A stretch of 64,000 bases of DNA from positions 41,352-105,351 of the IMG/VR virus record IMGVR_UViG_3300031555_005503; one strand, written 5' to 3'. The notes under the pieces are model-generated. The model had not been told where the DNA came from, did no database searches, and worked only from the letters and a program-made list of their open reading frames with translations. Numbering within the stretch: position 1 is the stretch's first letter; every line of letters begins with the position of its first letter. Positions 39,729 to 50,307 of the stretch are shown piece by piece. This DNA comes from a virus (lineage: Duplodnaviria; Heunggongvirae; Uroviricota; Caudoviricetes). A program made the position numbers and the translations under genes.

Positions 39729-41186
39729 TTATCTACCAAAGCCGTCAAAAGTAATTTCTGTAAAACCGATTTCATACATTGTATTAAATGACATATTTCG
39801 TTCATATACAATTTGTGGTCCAATATCTCCAAATCTATTTTTAGGTGTAAATAAAATAATATAATCTTTATCAGGATCTAATTTCTTTTCTACACGTTCG
39901 TTTAAATATTTACCATTTTCATCTTTTTTTCTTTCATATACAAAAAGTTTTCCTTCTTTTTCTTCTCGTGTCATACTTCTGAACATTACTACTTGAGTAG
40001 CTGTTTCAGCAATCGCTCTTGACTTTCCAACACAAGATAAATCAAGAAATCTTCTTGACATTGATTCAGATGATAACTGAGCTGTCGCCACTATAGCGAC
40101 ATCTTCACGCTTAGCAAGCATAAAAAGCTCTTTGGCAACTTCACTGAATTCCGCCCATGCCCTGTCACTTGATTCTACGGCTGGCTTTAAAGTATCAAAT
40201 ATGAATAATCCATAATTTAACTTACTATATTTTTTAACGATTTTTTTAACCGTTCCTATTGAATAATCTGCGGTTTCTATGTAATTAATCTTACCTTTAC
40301 ATTGTTTTAACCACTCTATTCCCTCATACATAGCTTGTCTATCTTCTTCGGTGAAATCACCATTAATAAATTTCTGACGATTCATTTTTCTATATTTAAT
40401 TTTATTAAATACTACTGAAGCCAAAATCATTTGTCTAAATTCAGACGCATCTTGCTCATTTGCAATTATGCAAACATTTTCACCTGATTCAATAGCCGGT
40501 AATATGTAAAATAAAATTGATGAAGTAGTTTTACCATTACCTATATGGGCTAGATGTAATAAAAGATTTTTCTTATGAACTCCGGCTAAACGGTAATTTA
40601 ACATACCATAGCCAATACGAAATCCTTTCATAACACCTTTATCCCATTCGTCAATATAATGATCATAACCTTCTGAAAGGCTTTCAGCTTTTAATTTTTC
40701 TACTTTACCAACACATGTATTGTTCAGCTTGAAATCGTAGTAATTATAAACATCTTCAGATGTCATCTGCTTAAATTTTTCTATATCTTTTAATACACTG
40801 AATCCGTCAAGATGTAGATTTATAAGCATATTGTTCTTGATTAATTCATCATGATAAGACTCAAGATTATCTGGTTTAATCAATGATACAATTTCATTTA
40901 TAGTTGCATGTCCGCCACGTTTTTCATATCCTTTTCTTAATACATCTTTATCTGAAAGGAATGTATGTAATGTAGCATTATCAAAGGTTTCATAGCCTAA
41001 CTTCTTGAGTTGAAGCATAATGCCATAATAAAACATTCCATCTTCAGTTATAATATCTTTACCATTTTCGACATTTTTATATTCTTCTATGGCAGATGGT
41101 TCTTGCCATAAAGAAAAAATATAATTACATTCAAGCTGCTCTCTGTTACCAATTATTTCATGAGGAATACTTTTTAAATCTATCAT
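39729..41186 (-). CDS. dnaB: replicative DNA helicase (DnaB family)
   Basis: RecA-like C-terminal domain with Walker A LAHIGNGKTT and DnaB-like motifs. Confidence 0.75.
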   Translation of the reverse strand: MIDLKSIPHEIIGNREQLECNYIFSLWQEPSAIEEYKNVENGKDIITEDGMFYYGIMLQLKKLGYETFDNATLHTFLSDKDVLRKGYEKRGGHATINEIVSLIKPDNLESYHDELIKNNMLINLHLDGFSVLKDIEKFKQMTSEDVYNYYDFKLNNTCVGKVEKLKAESLSEGYDHYIDEWDKGVMKGFRIGYGMLNYRLAGVHKKNLLLHLAHIGNGKTTSSILFYILPAIESGENVCIIANEQDASEFRQMILASVVFNKIKYRKMNRQKFINGDFTEEDRQAMYEGIEWLKQCKGKINYIETADYSIGTVKKIVKKYSKLNYGLFIFDTLKPAVESSDRAWAEFSEVAKELFMLAKREDVAIVATAQLSSESMSRRFLDLSCVGKSRAIAETATQVVMFRSMTREEKEGKLFVYERKKDENGKYLNERVEKKLDPDKDYIILFTPKNRFGDIGPQIVYERNMSFNTMYEIGFTEITFDGFGR

Positions 41187-41743
41187 AATAATTCTTCCTC
41201 ACTTAAGAATTTTGAAATATCGGTATTCTTTTGATTTTGAGAAATGTTAGTTTCTGAATTTAACGCTTTAACAGTTAATGTTTCTTGCAATGTATCTTTT
41301 GAGATCTTTTCTCTTGTATATTGCTGTATCTTTTTCTTTGCATCAAATTCCTTTTTCACTTCATATGCATGTGATTTTATTATGGCAAAAATATATTTAC
41401 ATTTAGCATTAGAGTCCTTAAATTCTTTATTGCTTATAGCATATATAATATTTTCATAATATCTTTTTACAGTTTCTAAGATCACAGAATATGAATACCC
41501 TTGTAGTTTTTTTAAGTTATATGGCGTAAGTGAGCTATATTCTAAAGAAGGATCATATCCGAGAAAATCTTCATCAATAATTGCTTTAACCTTATTGTAT
41601 GCATCTACCTCGGCCCGATACTCTTTATAAATCTCTTCTGATTTAAAATACCCTTCAGTTTCACTACGGTAAAACTCATCCATATATCCTTGTTCGCCTG
41701 TTGCCTTACATTTTGTTAGCCTATGTGGTATTTTTCTTGCCAT
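41183..41743 (-). CDS. hypothetical protein
   Basis: 186-aa ORF with overlapping stop/start. Confidence 0.4.
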   Translation of the reverse strand: MARKIPHRLTKCKATGEQGYMDEFYRSETEGYFKSEEIYKEYRAEVDAYNKVKAIIDEDFLGYDPSLEYSSLTPYNLKKLQGYSYSVILETVKRYYENIIYAISNKEFKDSNAKCKYIFAIIKSHAYEVKKEFDAKKKIQQYTREKISKDTLQETLTVKALNSETNISQNQKNTDISKFLSEEELL

Positions 41744-41774
41744 ACGCCCCTTTCTATAGAAGGGAGGATTTCTC

Positions 41775-42872
41775 CTACCCTTCTATTAACTTAATAATGT
41801 CAATTAAAACTTCGATTGGCATGTTTTCATCTTTAATATTCTTACATCCGGTTGATAAAACTTTTGCCTTAAAAGCATCTTTTATTTTTTCATCCGCAGT
41901 TAAAAGCTTTGATGTTATTGTTTCTATATAGCTTTCACGTTTTGATTCAAGTTCTTCCATAGCTTTTGCTTCAGCTTCTTTTCTCTTAGCAATTTCTGCT
42001 TTCTTTAATGCAGCTTCAGCTTCACTCTTTTTCATGTCATCAAGAGACTGTCCTGGATTTTTTATTGAAGCCTTAACTGCTGATTCAAAAGCATCCATAA
42101 AAGCTTTTGGTGATAATTCAATCTTTTCTGGTAAACCACCAGTAAATCTACTGCCCGCATCTACTTCAGAAGTACCACGCAGATATACAGATCTTCTTTC
42201 ATCAATTACCTTGCCATTAACGATATCTCTTTCAATAAGACCAACCATTACCATTTGAGCTGCATCTGCAATTTTAGTGTAGATGTTACCCTGTAAATTG
42301 TTAGTAATTTGTTCATATTTTTCACCAGATTTAAGATCGGTTTTTTCCTTATTCTTTACATGGCATAGATAAAATACTGCAAGACCGGCATCTCTTAAGC
42401 GTTCTTCCTGTTCCCTAATAAGTTTAACAAGTCTCTCAACGCCTCTTGTAAATCCTCCAAAAGCATCGTTTAGAGATTTACATATAACACCTTTTTCAAT
42501 ACGATGCTGTCTAAGAACTTCTTCCGTACCTACATCGACCATAGTGTCTAAAGTATCAAAACAGATACCTTTTAAGCCATACTCACTATTATTTTCAATA
42601 ATATCATCTACAATCTGAACAAATCCTCTTAAATCAGTTTCTTCATCATATGGCGCGTTCCATTTTTTAGCAACTTCAACCTGAATACCATCTAAAGAAT
42701 GATACCCTTCTTCATTACCAAACGAAACAAGCAGACCTTTATCATCGCTACCCCATACTTCTCTTACCAGATCGTACCAAAACGTTGTCTTACCAAACTT
42801 TCTTTCTGCAAGGAAAATATACGGCGGATAACTACATAAATCCGCCTTGACCTTATTAATTTTAAATCCCAA
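41775..42872 (-). CDS. RecA-like/AAA ATPase (Sak4-like recombination ATPase candidate)
   Basis: Walker A ERKFGKTTF. Coiled-coil C-terminus. Confidence 0.45.
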   Translation of the reverse strand: MGFKINKVKADLCSYPPYIFLAERKFGKTTFWYDLVREVWGSDDKGLLVSFGNEEGYHSLDGIQVEVAKKWNAPYDEETDLRGFVQIVDDIIENNSEYGLKGICFDTLDTMVDVGTEEVLRQHRIEKGVICKSLNDAFGGFTRGVERLVKLIREQEERLRDAGLAVFYLCHVKNKEKTDLKSGEKYEQITNNLQGNIYTKIADAAQMVMVGLIERDIVNGKVIDERRSVYLRGTSEVDAGSRFTGGLPEKIELSPKAFMDAFESAVKASIKNPGQSLDDMKKSEAEAALKKAEIAKRKEAEAKAMEELESKRESYIETITSKLLTADEKIKDAFKAKVLSTGCKNIKDENMPIEVLIDIIKLIEG

Positions 42873-42896
42873 TTATTATCTAATCCCTTTCTATTA

Positions 42897-43988
42897 TTAA
42901 CCAAGTAAATCTTCTAATGCTGAATCAATATCACTTACTGAAGAACTTTCTACAGCTGCTTCAATATCCTTCATTGTTTCTTTTGCAACCGGCTGACTTG
43001 CTAATTCGTTTTCAACATCGGCTAATGAATAACCAGAATCAATTGGTCCATTTGCAAAATCTCCAAATAACTCATGTCTAATCAGTCTAATTTCATAAAT
43101 ATTTTCGCCAAATGCCTGTCTATTAAAATCATCAATAGTAGCCTGTCCATATGCAATCTGCTCTTTCTGAGCGTCAGTCAGCATACTTTCATCAAATTCT
43201 ACAGTTTCAGCTCCACGAATAATCTTGCATCCCCAAGGAATATGAATCATTTCACTATTTTTTACATTAACCTTAGATGCCATCATTTTCGCAAAGGCAA
43301 TATTCTTTTCTTCGCCAGTTGCAATAGCTTTACTTACATCAAGAACAACTTTCTGAGGAAAGAATTTTTCTCCAAGATCTCTATTGATATACTGCTTCGT
43401 ATATGCATTAAGAATGATTCTATGTGTTTTATCAAAATCTGTTGCATCAACACAATCCTTGTTATAGAAAAGATCCATCTTAACTTCTAATGAATTTTTT
43501 ACAGCAGTGCTTGCTCTTACAGTATCAACTTCATAATGATCATAATATTGTCCCTTATAAGGAGTCTTAGTAAATCTTCCGCTACATTCTACCTTACCTT
43601 CATATTCCGGAAGAACCTTAGCAAGATACTTTACGAAATCATACTGCGCTAAAAATTCTTTTTCTTCACCATCTAAATCAACTATGTACTTTCTGTATCT
43701 TGGCGCTTCTGCAACAACATCTTCATCAAATCTATTAGCCCAAGGAATTTCATCTGAACCAATCTTGATTGTGTCATAAACACTGCCAAAACATTCTACA
43801 AAGCAAGAATTAAACTTACTTTCTTTTACGCCAAAGTTGATACTGGCCATATCAATGTTTTTATTCTTTCCTCCTTTCATTTCCTTAAAAAATCTTTCTG
43901 CATTTTTAGGGATAATTAAATCCCCTGTGAATGTAAATCTACTTGTGTACGCCAATAAATTTCTCCTTTCATAATTAAATTTAAACAA
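42897..43988 (-). CDS. hypothetical protein (possible ssDNA-binding/recombination partner)
   Basis: 363-aa ORF adjacent to the ATPase. No domain recognised. Confidence 0.35.
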   Translation of the reverse strand: MFKFNYERRNLLAYTSRFTFTGDLIIPKNAERFFKEMKGGKNKNIDMASINFGVKESKFNSCFVECFGSVYDTIKIGSDEIPWANRFDEDVVAEAPRYRKYIVDLDGEEKEFLAQYDFVKYLAKVLPEYEGKVECSGRFTKTPYKGQYYDHYEVDTVRASTAVKNSLEVKMDLFYNKDCVDATDFDKTHRIILNAYTKQYINRDLGEKFFPQKVVLDVSKAIATGEEKNIAFAKMMASKVNVKNSEMIHIPWGCKIIRGAETVEFDESMLTDAQKEQIAYGQATIDDFNRQAFGENIYEIRLIRHELFGDFANGPIDSGYSLADVENELASQPVAKETMKDIEAAVESSSVSDIDSALEDLLG

Positions 43989-44210
43989 TAAAATATCTAT
44001 ATGAACACTAAAAATGTGATCACAAAATTATCAACTTTATTAAACTCATTAATATAAAATGAAAATATAACGAAATGTTATTTAGAATTAGCGATTGCCC
44101 ATACAGCACATCGCTCTTTTTTAGACATATACCAAGCACATTCTGAAGTACAGTACTTGTCAAGTATTGGACATAGACGTTTAACGTCATTTATTTGAGG
44201 TTTTACTGCT

Positions 44211-44726
44211 TTATTTTGCACTCTTTCCAACCTCTTTTACTTTTCTTTTTAATTCTTCAAAAGAGATTGGAGTATAATTTGTTCTTTCTACACTTACGCA
44301 GCAACTTCTAATACTTACATCTTTATAAGTTGGATCATTATGAACATGGCCATAAATATTGAAATACGGGCCCATACCAGGCATAAATTTAGGAGCATGA
44401 CTTAAAATATAAAAATCATTCCAAAGAATTGGATATTTAATTATATCTTGAAAACCAGCTTCTAAATAAATTGATTTACTAACCCTATCATGGTTTCCTA
44501 AAATAAGAATCTTGTTACCTTTTAAGGCTCGTCCCCATTTAATAATTTCGTCACGATTTCCTAATGCAAAATCTCCACAAACAAAAACTTTATCATCTTT
44601 ATTCACTACACTATTCCAGTTATCAATTAAAGCTTCATTCATTTCTTTTACATTTACAAAAGGCCGATCACAATATTCAATAATTCGTTCATGACCAAAG
44701 TGCTGATCAGCTGTAAAATAAACCAT
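44211..44726 (-). CDS. metallophosphoesterase (calcineurin-like)
   Basis: DQHFGH, GDFALGNRD and GNHD motifs. Confidence 0.7.
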   Translation of the reverse strand: MVYFTADQHFGHERIIEYCDRPFVNVKEMNEALIDNWNSVVNKDDKVFVCGDFALGNRDEIIKWGRALKGNKILILGNHDRVSKSIYLEAGFQDIIKYPILWNDFYILSHAPKFMPGMGPYFNIYGHVHNDPTYKDVSIRSCCVSVERTNYTPISFEELKRKVKEVGKSAK

Positions 44727-44728
44727 TT

Positions 44729-45082
44729 CTACTCCTTTATATAATCTCTCTGTTTTATTATTTGATATAACTCATCTGTAATAGCTATATCATCTTCGTT
44801 TAATTCCATATCTTTTATGTATTGATCACATGCAGAAAAACAATCATACATGTCACCCACTTTAATGCCACCATATTCGTCTTCAGCGAATAAAATAATA
44901 TGTGACTGGCAAGGTGTTGCTCCAACTTTAAGCATCGATCCTATTGGAAGGGCAGATCTAGGGAACACCCATGAATAAATAGATGGGTGTTCCTTTTTTA
45001 ATTGTTCTGCAATCTTCCCATTAGATAAGTATATAATTATTGGAGCATCTGATTTCATGATATCTCCACTAATTATCTTCAT
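44729..45082 (-). CDS. hypothetical protein
   Basis: 117-aa ORF. Confidence 0.4.
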   Translation of the reverse strand: MKIISGDIMKSDAPIIIYLSNGKIAEQLKKEHPSIYSWVFPRSALPIGSMLKVGATPCQSHIILFAEDEYGGIKVGDMYDCFSACDQYIKDMELNEDDIAITDELYQIIKQRDYIKE

Positions 45083-45468
45083 TAGTCTATTTCTTCTTTG
45101 CTAAATTCTAATATAATTTCTTCATTTGGAAATTCATAAATTTTTTGTAAATTATTAAATCCAAATTCATCATCTTCGTATGGAACCATTATCTCTAAAT
45201 TTTTAGTTTCATCTTGACAATAAATATCTATGTAAGTTATATCTTTACGCTCCATAAGACATTCAAATACTTTAGATTTAAATTTAAAATCCTTATTAAA
45301 TATAACCACTATAGAGTCATAACTTTCCTCAAAATTTGAGGAGTATAAATCTAAATTCTTAATATATTTAGCATCTACATAAAATGTTTCAAAATTTTCA
45401 CATGTAAATTTTATACCTTGAAAATAAGTTTCCGGTATTTTTTCTTGTAACGAAGTATTTAAATTCAT
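45082..45468 (-). CDS. hypothetical protein
   Basis: 128-aa ORF with ATGA overlap. Confidence 0.4.
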   Translation of the reverse strand: MNLNTSLQEKIPETYFQGIKFTCENFETFYVDAKYIKNLDLYSSNFEESYDSIVVIFNKDFKFKSKVFECLMERKDITYIDIYCQDETKNLEIMVPYEDDEFGFNNLQKIYEFPNEEIILEFSKEEID

Positions 45469-45717
45469 TGATCTTCCTATCTATATTCTAAAACAATAAC
45501 CATTGAATTATATATGGATATAACCCTATGCTTCTCCATATAAGATTAAGCTTTTTATATCTAACTAAATAATTAATATCCAGAAAAGTAAATCAATAAC
45601 AATACACATTATCTTACTTGTTTAATAATATATAACATAGTAACTTAATCATTAATAAACAATATCATCTCCTAGCTTATTCTTCATTTTTTTTAGTTGA
45701 TATAGGGATAAGATTAG
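45469..45717 (-). promoter_or_regulatory. AT-rich intergenic region, probable early promoter(s)
   Basis: 249-bp non-coding gap with TATAAT-like elements and an AGGAAG RBS before the downstream gene. Confidence 0.3.
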
Positions 45718-46230
45718 TTAAATATCAATTTCAAACGTCTCGGTCTGATTTACATAATCAATTCCCATCTGAAGTTTGATAATTCTTTGTACAATATCAT
45801 CATAATCACTTTTAGGTAGTGAAACATCATAATTAGCACAAACATATTCTACTAAATTACTTGAATCACCATATCTATTTTGATGTCTTGATTGAGGCAA
45901 TCGTTTTCTCATATTATCAAGGCGGTCTTTCTCCTTATTTAATTGCGCCATTTGTATTAGTGCCATATCTACAGTTATATCTGTATCAGGAAGTTTTGTA
46001 GTGCAATTAAAAAAGTTGATTGCATGTTTGATTTTATAAATTTTTTCATCAATTTCCTGGATCTGTATTCTTGTTTTAACATAGTCATAATCTGGTTTCT
46101 CTTCTACATATCCAGCAACTTTGATATATGTTGATGCTTCATTTTCACATTTTAATATGTAATCTTTATCATCTTGTAATTTACGAACCATCTTATTAGC
46201 TGCTGCGGATGTGACTATTTCTTTTGCCAT
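45718..46230 (-). CDS. hypothetical protein
   Basis: 170-aa ORF. Confidence 0.4.
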   Translation of the reverse strand: MAKEIVTSAAANKMVRKLQDDKDYILKCENEASTYIKVAGYVEEKPDYDYVKTRIQIQEIDEKIYKIKHAINFFNCTTKLPDTDITVDMALIQMAQLNKEKDRLDNMRKRLPQSRHQNRYGDSSNLVEYVCANYDVSLPKSDYDDIVQRIIKLQMGIDYVNQTETFEIDI

Positions 46231-46381
46231 TGTAGTTTCTCCTTCCCATTAATGATCTTACAACTTTCTTTGCGTCTTTATCTCCGCTTGCAGCTTTGGC
46301 CCTCATAATATCACCAATACTAGCTGTGGAAATTTCATACGGTAATTGTGACTTTTTAATCTTTGTTTCTACTACATTCAT
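46196..46381 (-). CDS. hypothetical small protein
   Basis: 61-aa ORF. Confidence 0.3.
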   Translation of the reverse strand: MNVVETKIKKSQLPYEISTASIGDIMRAKAASGDKDAKKVVRSLMGRRNYNGKRNSHIRSS

Positions 46382-46450
46382 TGTTTATATCACCCCTTTT
46401 ATATTAATTTAACTATATTTTTGAAATCAAAAAGCTCCTTAACGGAGCTT

Positions 46451-47383
46451 TTATAACGCTTTATACATTTTACGCAATTTATTTATTCTCATTGGTTCAA
46501 TTATCATACTGTTATAACAATTAAAATACAATTCTTTCCAAGCAGTTGGAGTAAGTTTTTCATATGGGTAATGTAATTTAAAATCATATATTCTACCCAT
46601 AAGATAAACATCATTAGTATTGAAAGCTAATTCTTTTTTCATCTTAGTTGAAATCTTTTTAAGTATTTTAACTTTCATATAATGATCATTATAATCAAAT
46701 CCATCATCTATATATCTATCACTCATTTTATTGCAAATTTGCTGCTTTTTTTTGTTACCTATATACGTTCTTTGAGTATATATTTTTGATAAAAGATCAA
46801 TAAATTCTTTATGAATAGATATAATTTTATCTTCATTCATTATAGCCATATAAGATTTTGTTAATTTTATATTATCTAATTTGATCTGAAAAATCTCTTC
46901 TTGTGAAAAACCTTGAAATAGCAACATTAAGTATGCGGCTGATAATTCGTCAGTTGTAACTCCCATATCATTTTTCTGATTTAAATATTTATCTATCTGC
47001 ATTTTCAAATCAGCAGGAGATGAAAATAAATATGTTTTACTATATCTTTCAAAAGTTTCTGCTATTAATTTTCTATCATTTTCAAAATATCTTACATCTT
47101 CATTGATTAGATTTTCTACCAATGCCCATCTCTTATATGTGTTTACTCTACCCATTTTAGTCTTAAGAGAGTTTATACATGACACTGTAGTATTTTCCAT
47201 TATATATTTAGCAATGATATCTAATGGCAAATTATATATATCCTCATCATGTTCTATTTCTAGGCTTTCCACTTGAGAAAATAGTGTGTGATAATTCTGT
47301 ATTGCTGATTCTGATGATAAATTTTCTATAAATTGCTTTTTTACCACTTCATTATACATGTTTTCACCGCTTTCTTTACACAT
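46451..47383 (-). CDS. hypothetical protein
   Basis: 310-aa ORF immediately downstream of the MazF-like gene. Confidence 0.4.
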   Translation of the reverse strand: MCKESGENMYNEVVKKQFIENLSSESAIQNYHTLFSQVESLEIEHDEDIYNLPLDIIAKYIMENTTVSCINSLKTKMGRVNTYKRWALVENLINEDVRYFENDRKLIAETFERYSKTYLFSSPADLKMQIDKYLNQKNDMGVTTDELSAAYLMLLFQGFSQEEIFQIKLDNIKLTKSYMAIMNEDKIISIHKEFIDLLSKIYTQRTYIGNKKKQQICNKMSDRYIDDGFDYNDHYMKVKILKKISTKMKKELAFNTNDVYLMGRIYDFKLHYPYEKLTPTAWKELYFNCYNSMIIEPMRINKLRKMYKAL

Positions 47384-47432
47384 TACTAATCATATTAAAT
47401 TTTATATGTACAAAAAGCAGTTGTCAAACAAT

Positions 47433-47840
47433 TTATGAAACGGCTATTTTTTCGTGTATATCAGTTAAGCATTCTATACTTATAAACTGAATCATCGGTG
47501 AATTAATTATAGATGCTATTGAAATCTTTTCCATATATGCATGAGGCATAATTCCAATAAATCCTAAAATATCTGATTTAGATACTGGTCTAGCGCCTTC
47601 GCATTGAGCGATACTATCTTTTGATAAACCCGCTACGTTTGCAGGAATTTCTACATGTGTAGGTAATTTAGCCTTTTTCTTTCTACTAGTTAATGGAACC
47701 ACCTGAATTGTAGGGCTAAATCTATTCCCTTTATTATTTTGAATAATAACAGCCGGTCTTACACCATTTTGAATATGATCGCCATCACTGTACAAACGAA
47801 CCCATATTACATCTCCAATCTTCAAATAATCTTTTTTCAT
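47433..47840 (-). CDS. MazF/PemK (EndoA-like) family endoribonuclease toxin
   Basis: [40 protein letters not shown] parallels the B. subtilis EndoA [40 protein letters not shown]. Confidence 0.85.
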   Translation of the reverse strand: [135 protein letters not shown]

Positions 47841-47867
47841 CTTACAATCCCCTTTAATTATTAATTT

Positions 47868-47905
47868 AAAATTGATAATATCTTCCCTTTATTGATACTA
47901 TTATA
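47868..47905 (-). promoter_or_regulatory. sigma-A type promoter with extended -10 (TGTTATAAT) driving the mazF-like gene
   Basis: The minus-strand read is AAGCTTTTGTATGTTATAATAGTATC. It sits ~50 nt upstream of the RBS AAAGGGGATTGTAAG ATG. Confidence 0.45.
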
Positions 47906-47946
47906 ACATACAAAAGCTTAAAAAAAGAGGAAAAGTCTAAATTTTT

Positions 47947-48261
47947 TTATTTTTTTTTACAAACAAATATCTTATTTTTTGTGCCAGTAAACAAAGTTAG
48001 CTTATCTCTAGAATATTTTAATGGAGTTATATTATAATCTAAAGATGGATTTATCATACAAACTGCACTTCCAGGATCATCTTTATTGCTTAATATAATA
48101 AAATTCGTAATTGGATCAATTTCAATCTTATCATAATTATAATTAACAAAAAACAGTAATTCCCCTTTTTCATTACGTTTTTCTTCGCAATATGTTAGCA
48201 TACTATATTTACTCAAATCATTAAGCAATTTACTTTTCATAACATCCTCCAAAGTATGCAT
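47947..48261 (-). CDS. hypothetical protein
   Basis: 104-aa ORF. Confidence 0.35.
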   Translation of the reverse strand: MHTLEDVMKSKLLNDLSKYSMLTYCEEKRNEKGELLFFVNYNYDKIEIDPITNFIILSNKDDPGSAVCMINPSLDYNITPLKYSRDKLTLFTGTKNKIFVCKKK

Positions 48262-48355
48262 TGTTTTAACATATCCTTAATACGCTTGAACATAAGGGGT
48301 CTTGATAAAATTATAGTACGAACATTTGTTCTTGTCAATTGGTAATATATTCCTC

Positions 48356-48682
48356 TTATGATAACGCTTTTGCTATGTACTCTTTTTGCCACATTTCTAA
48401 TTCACTATAAGATTTAAAATCGGGAATAGATGGATTGCTTATTCCAAAATCTTTTAATATTAATAATGCAACTTCTATATCTTCTTCTGTTGGTAAAGAA
48501 GACCTTGTTGCTTCTTTGATAAAGAAGTCTGATTCTTTATCAAACTTATTTAATCTTCTATAAGCTGTATTCTTATTTGCTTTATTTATTTTTTTACAAG
48601 TATCACTACAATAAAACTCATTGCCATATTTTAATATATAGTTTCTACCACATATGGAACATTGTCTTACACACTCCCTCAT
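48356..48682 (-). CDS. zinc-finger protein
   Basis: CSICGRN...YCSDTC. Confidence 0.4.
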   Translation of the reverse strand: MRECVRQCSICGRNYILKYGNEFYCSDTCKKINKANKNTAYRRLNKFDKESDFFIKEATRSSLPTEEDIEVALLILKDFGISNPSIPDFKSYSELEMWQKEYIAKALS

Positions 48683-48685
48683 AAT

Positions 48686-48880
48686 CTAATCCCCCTTATC
48701 ATACTTCTTTAACATTTCATTTGTTAAATTCACATGATGATTTCCATTATTTAAATATGAAAGCTTAATATACTCTGTAGTAATTTCATATATTTGTTTT
48801 TTAGTTAATTCTTCATAATGATTTTTTAAGTAAGGCAGAAGCGACTCCCGCCTTACTTGTTTAGGATCTACTTTGAACAT
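48686..48880 (-). CDS. hypothetical small protein
   Basis: 64-aa ORF. Confidence 0.3.
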   Translation of the reverse strand: MFKVDPKQVRRESLLPYLKNHYEELTKKQIYEITTEYIKLSYLNNGNHHVNLTNEMLKKYDKGD

Positions 48881-48884
48881 TGTA

Positions 48885-49076
48885 CTATTTTAACTTTGCC
48901 GCAGCCTCATAATACTTATCGGCAACTTCTCGTTCTCCTCTCATTGCCCAATATTCTGCATTATCAAGATACTCCTGTTTTTGCCTCTTCTTTTCTGGTA
49001 TTTGTATCACCGCACAATATATTGCTATTCCTATAAGTACTATCCCGGTAATCAAATCTGTCATACTATCCACCAA
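48885..49076 (-). CDS. small membrane protein
   Basis: 63 aa with one TM helix. Confidence 0.3.
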   Translation of the reverse strand: MVDSMTDLITGIVLIGIAIYCAVIQIPEKKRQKQEYLDNAEYWAMRGEREVADKYYEAAAKLK

Positions 49077-49453
49077 TTCCTTTCTGTTGTTTTGTATTCA
49101 TCTTTTATATACTTTCCCAAATCAAAGCCTCTACAATTACTTGGAACCTCATATTTATATTTAGTTTCAGATTCCATTAGATATTTTGCAATAGCGGCTT
49201 CAGCCACTTGTCTAGCACAGAAATCATTCATTTTAGGATAATCAGCTTTTATAGCATCCATTACTAACCTTGGATTATATGCTGCATAAAGTTTTCCTCT
49301 GTTGTAGTCATATCGACTTTGAACCGTATATGAATACCCATTCTCCTGACTCTCTCTCGCCTGCTTATCCCAATCACTTTGCTGCTTGAATGCCATGCCA
49401 GTGCTTGTCCCAATTGCAGCAAGCCCTGTTAAAAATAAGATTGGTGCTAACAA
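49061..49453 (-). CDS. hypothetical secreted/membrane-anchored protein
   Basis: N-terminal signal-like hydrophobic segment. Confidence 0.35.
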   Translation of the reverse strand: MLAPILFLTGLAAIGTSTGMAFKQQSDWDKQARESQENGYSYTVQSRYDYNRGKLYAAYNPRLVMDAIKADYPKMNDFCARQVAEAAIAKYLMESETKYKYEVPSNCRGFDLGKYIKDEYKTTERNWWIV

Positions 49454-49454
49454 A

Positions 49455-49691
49455 TTAATCCTCTCCTTTCGCAGCCTCCAAATAATCTACTGCTTCTTCA
49501 ATTGCCACTTTACTACTTTCCAAATCGTCAATAGCTTCTTCGGCAGCATCATATTTTTCAGAGCTCTGAAGATTTTCTGGCATATTATCCAGATATTCTT
49601 GTTCATCATCTTGAATTGTTCCAATTCGAGATACTAAATCATTTAAAACATTAATAACTTCATGAATCTCTAATCTTCTTTTTTTGTTCAA
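49455..49691 (-). CDS. hypothetical acidic protein
   Basis: 78-aa ORF. Confidence 0.3.
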   Translation of the reverse strand: MNKKRRLEIHEVINVLNDLVSRIGTIQDDEQEYLDNMPENLQSSEKYDAAEEAIDDLESSKVAIEEAVDYLEAAKGED

Positions 49692-49827
49692 TAAACATCA
49701 CGCTCCTTTATTTTATATGTTTACTATAACCTTAAGATAGTAGCACCCAGATACTAATCGAAGGAGGTAATAAAAAATCAGCATCTAAATGCTACTTTCT
49801 TAATCTTACAGTTGTGTATATTTTATT

Positions 49828-50166
49828 TTAACTTTTACTTGGTTCCGGCAATGGTTGCCAAGCAACCACCTTATTTTCTCTAGTGCAATTTCTATCTAAT
49901 GTATTTGTTACAAATCTTCCACCATTACAATCTAACATTGTAGCAAGTACATTTGACATCGGTTTCCCATCTATATACGGTTCCTGCTGACTTACTGGAA
50001 TCCAACCATCAGCATTTTCAAACGCTTCATTCCAACATTTAATACATAAATAATTACATCGATTTTCATTTAACCCTAAATGATGTGGACACATTTTATT
50101 CGCCACTAATGTGGCACTGAGTAAATGCACCATATCTTTTGTGGGAGGATTTAAAACTATTCTCAT
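49828..50166 (-). CDS. hypothetical Cys-rich protein
   Basis: 112-aa ORF. Confidence 0.35.
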   Translation of the reverse strand: MRIVLNPPTKDMVHLLSATLVANKMCPHHLGLNENRCNYLCIKCWNEAFENADGWIPVSQQEPYIDGKPMSNVLATMLDCNGGRFVTNTLDRNCTRENKVVAWQPLPEPSKS

Positions 50167-50307
50167 AATGTATTCCCCTCCTTATATAACTCAGGAAATT
50201 TCGGTATTTCTATCCAAGTTATAACTTCGCCGTCTTCCGTATAAGTTAATATACTTCTAGTATTGTTGGGTAATTCATTGCCACATAATTTCCACTTCGG
50301 TTTCATA

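Noticed and set aside
44088-44225. Small Cys-containing ORF (GTG start, ~46 aa) in the gap upstream of the phosphoesterase gene
   Set aside because: It is plausible (an RBS GAGGTTGGAAAG is present) but very short, with a non-ATG start and no supporting similarity. Not called
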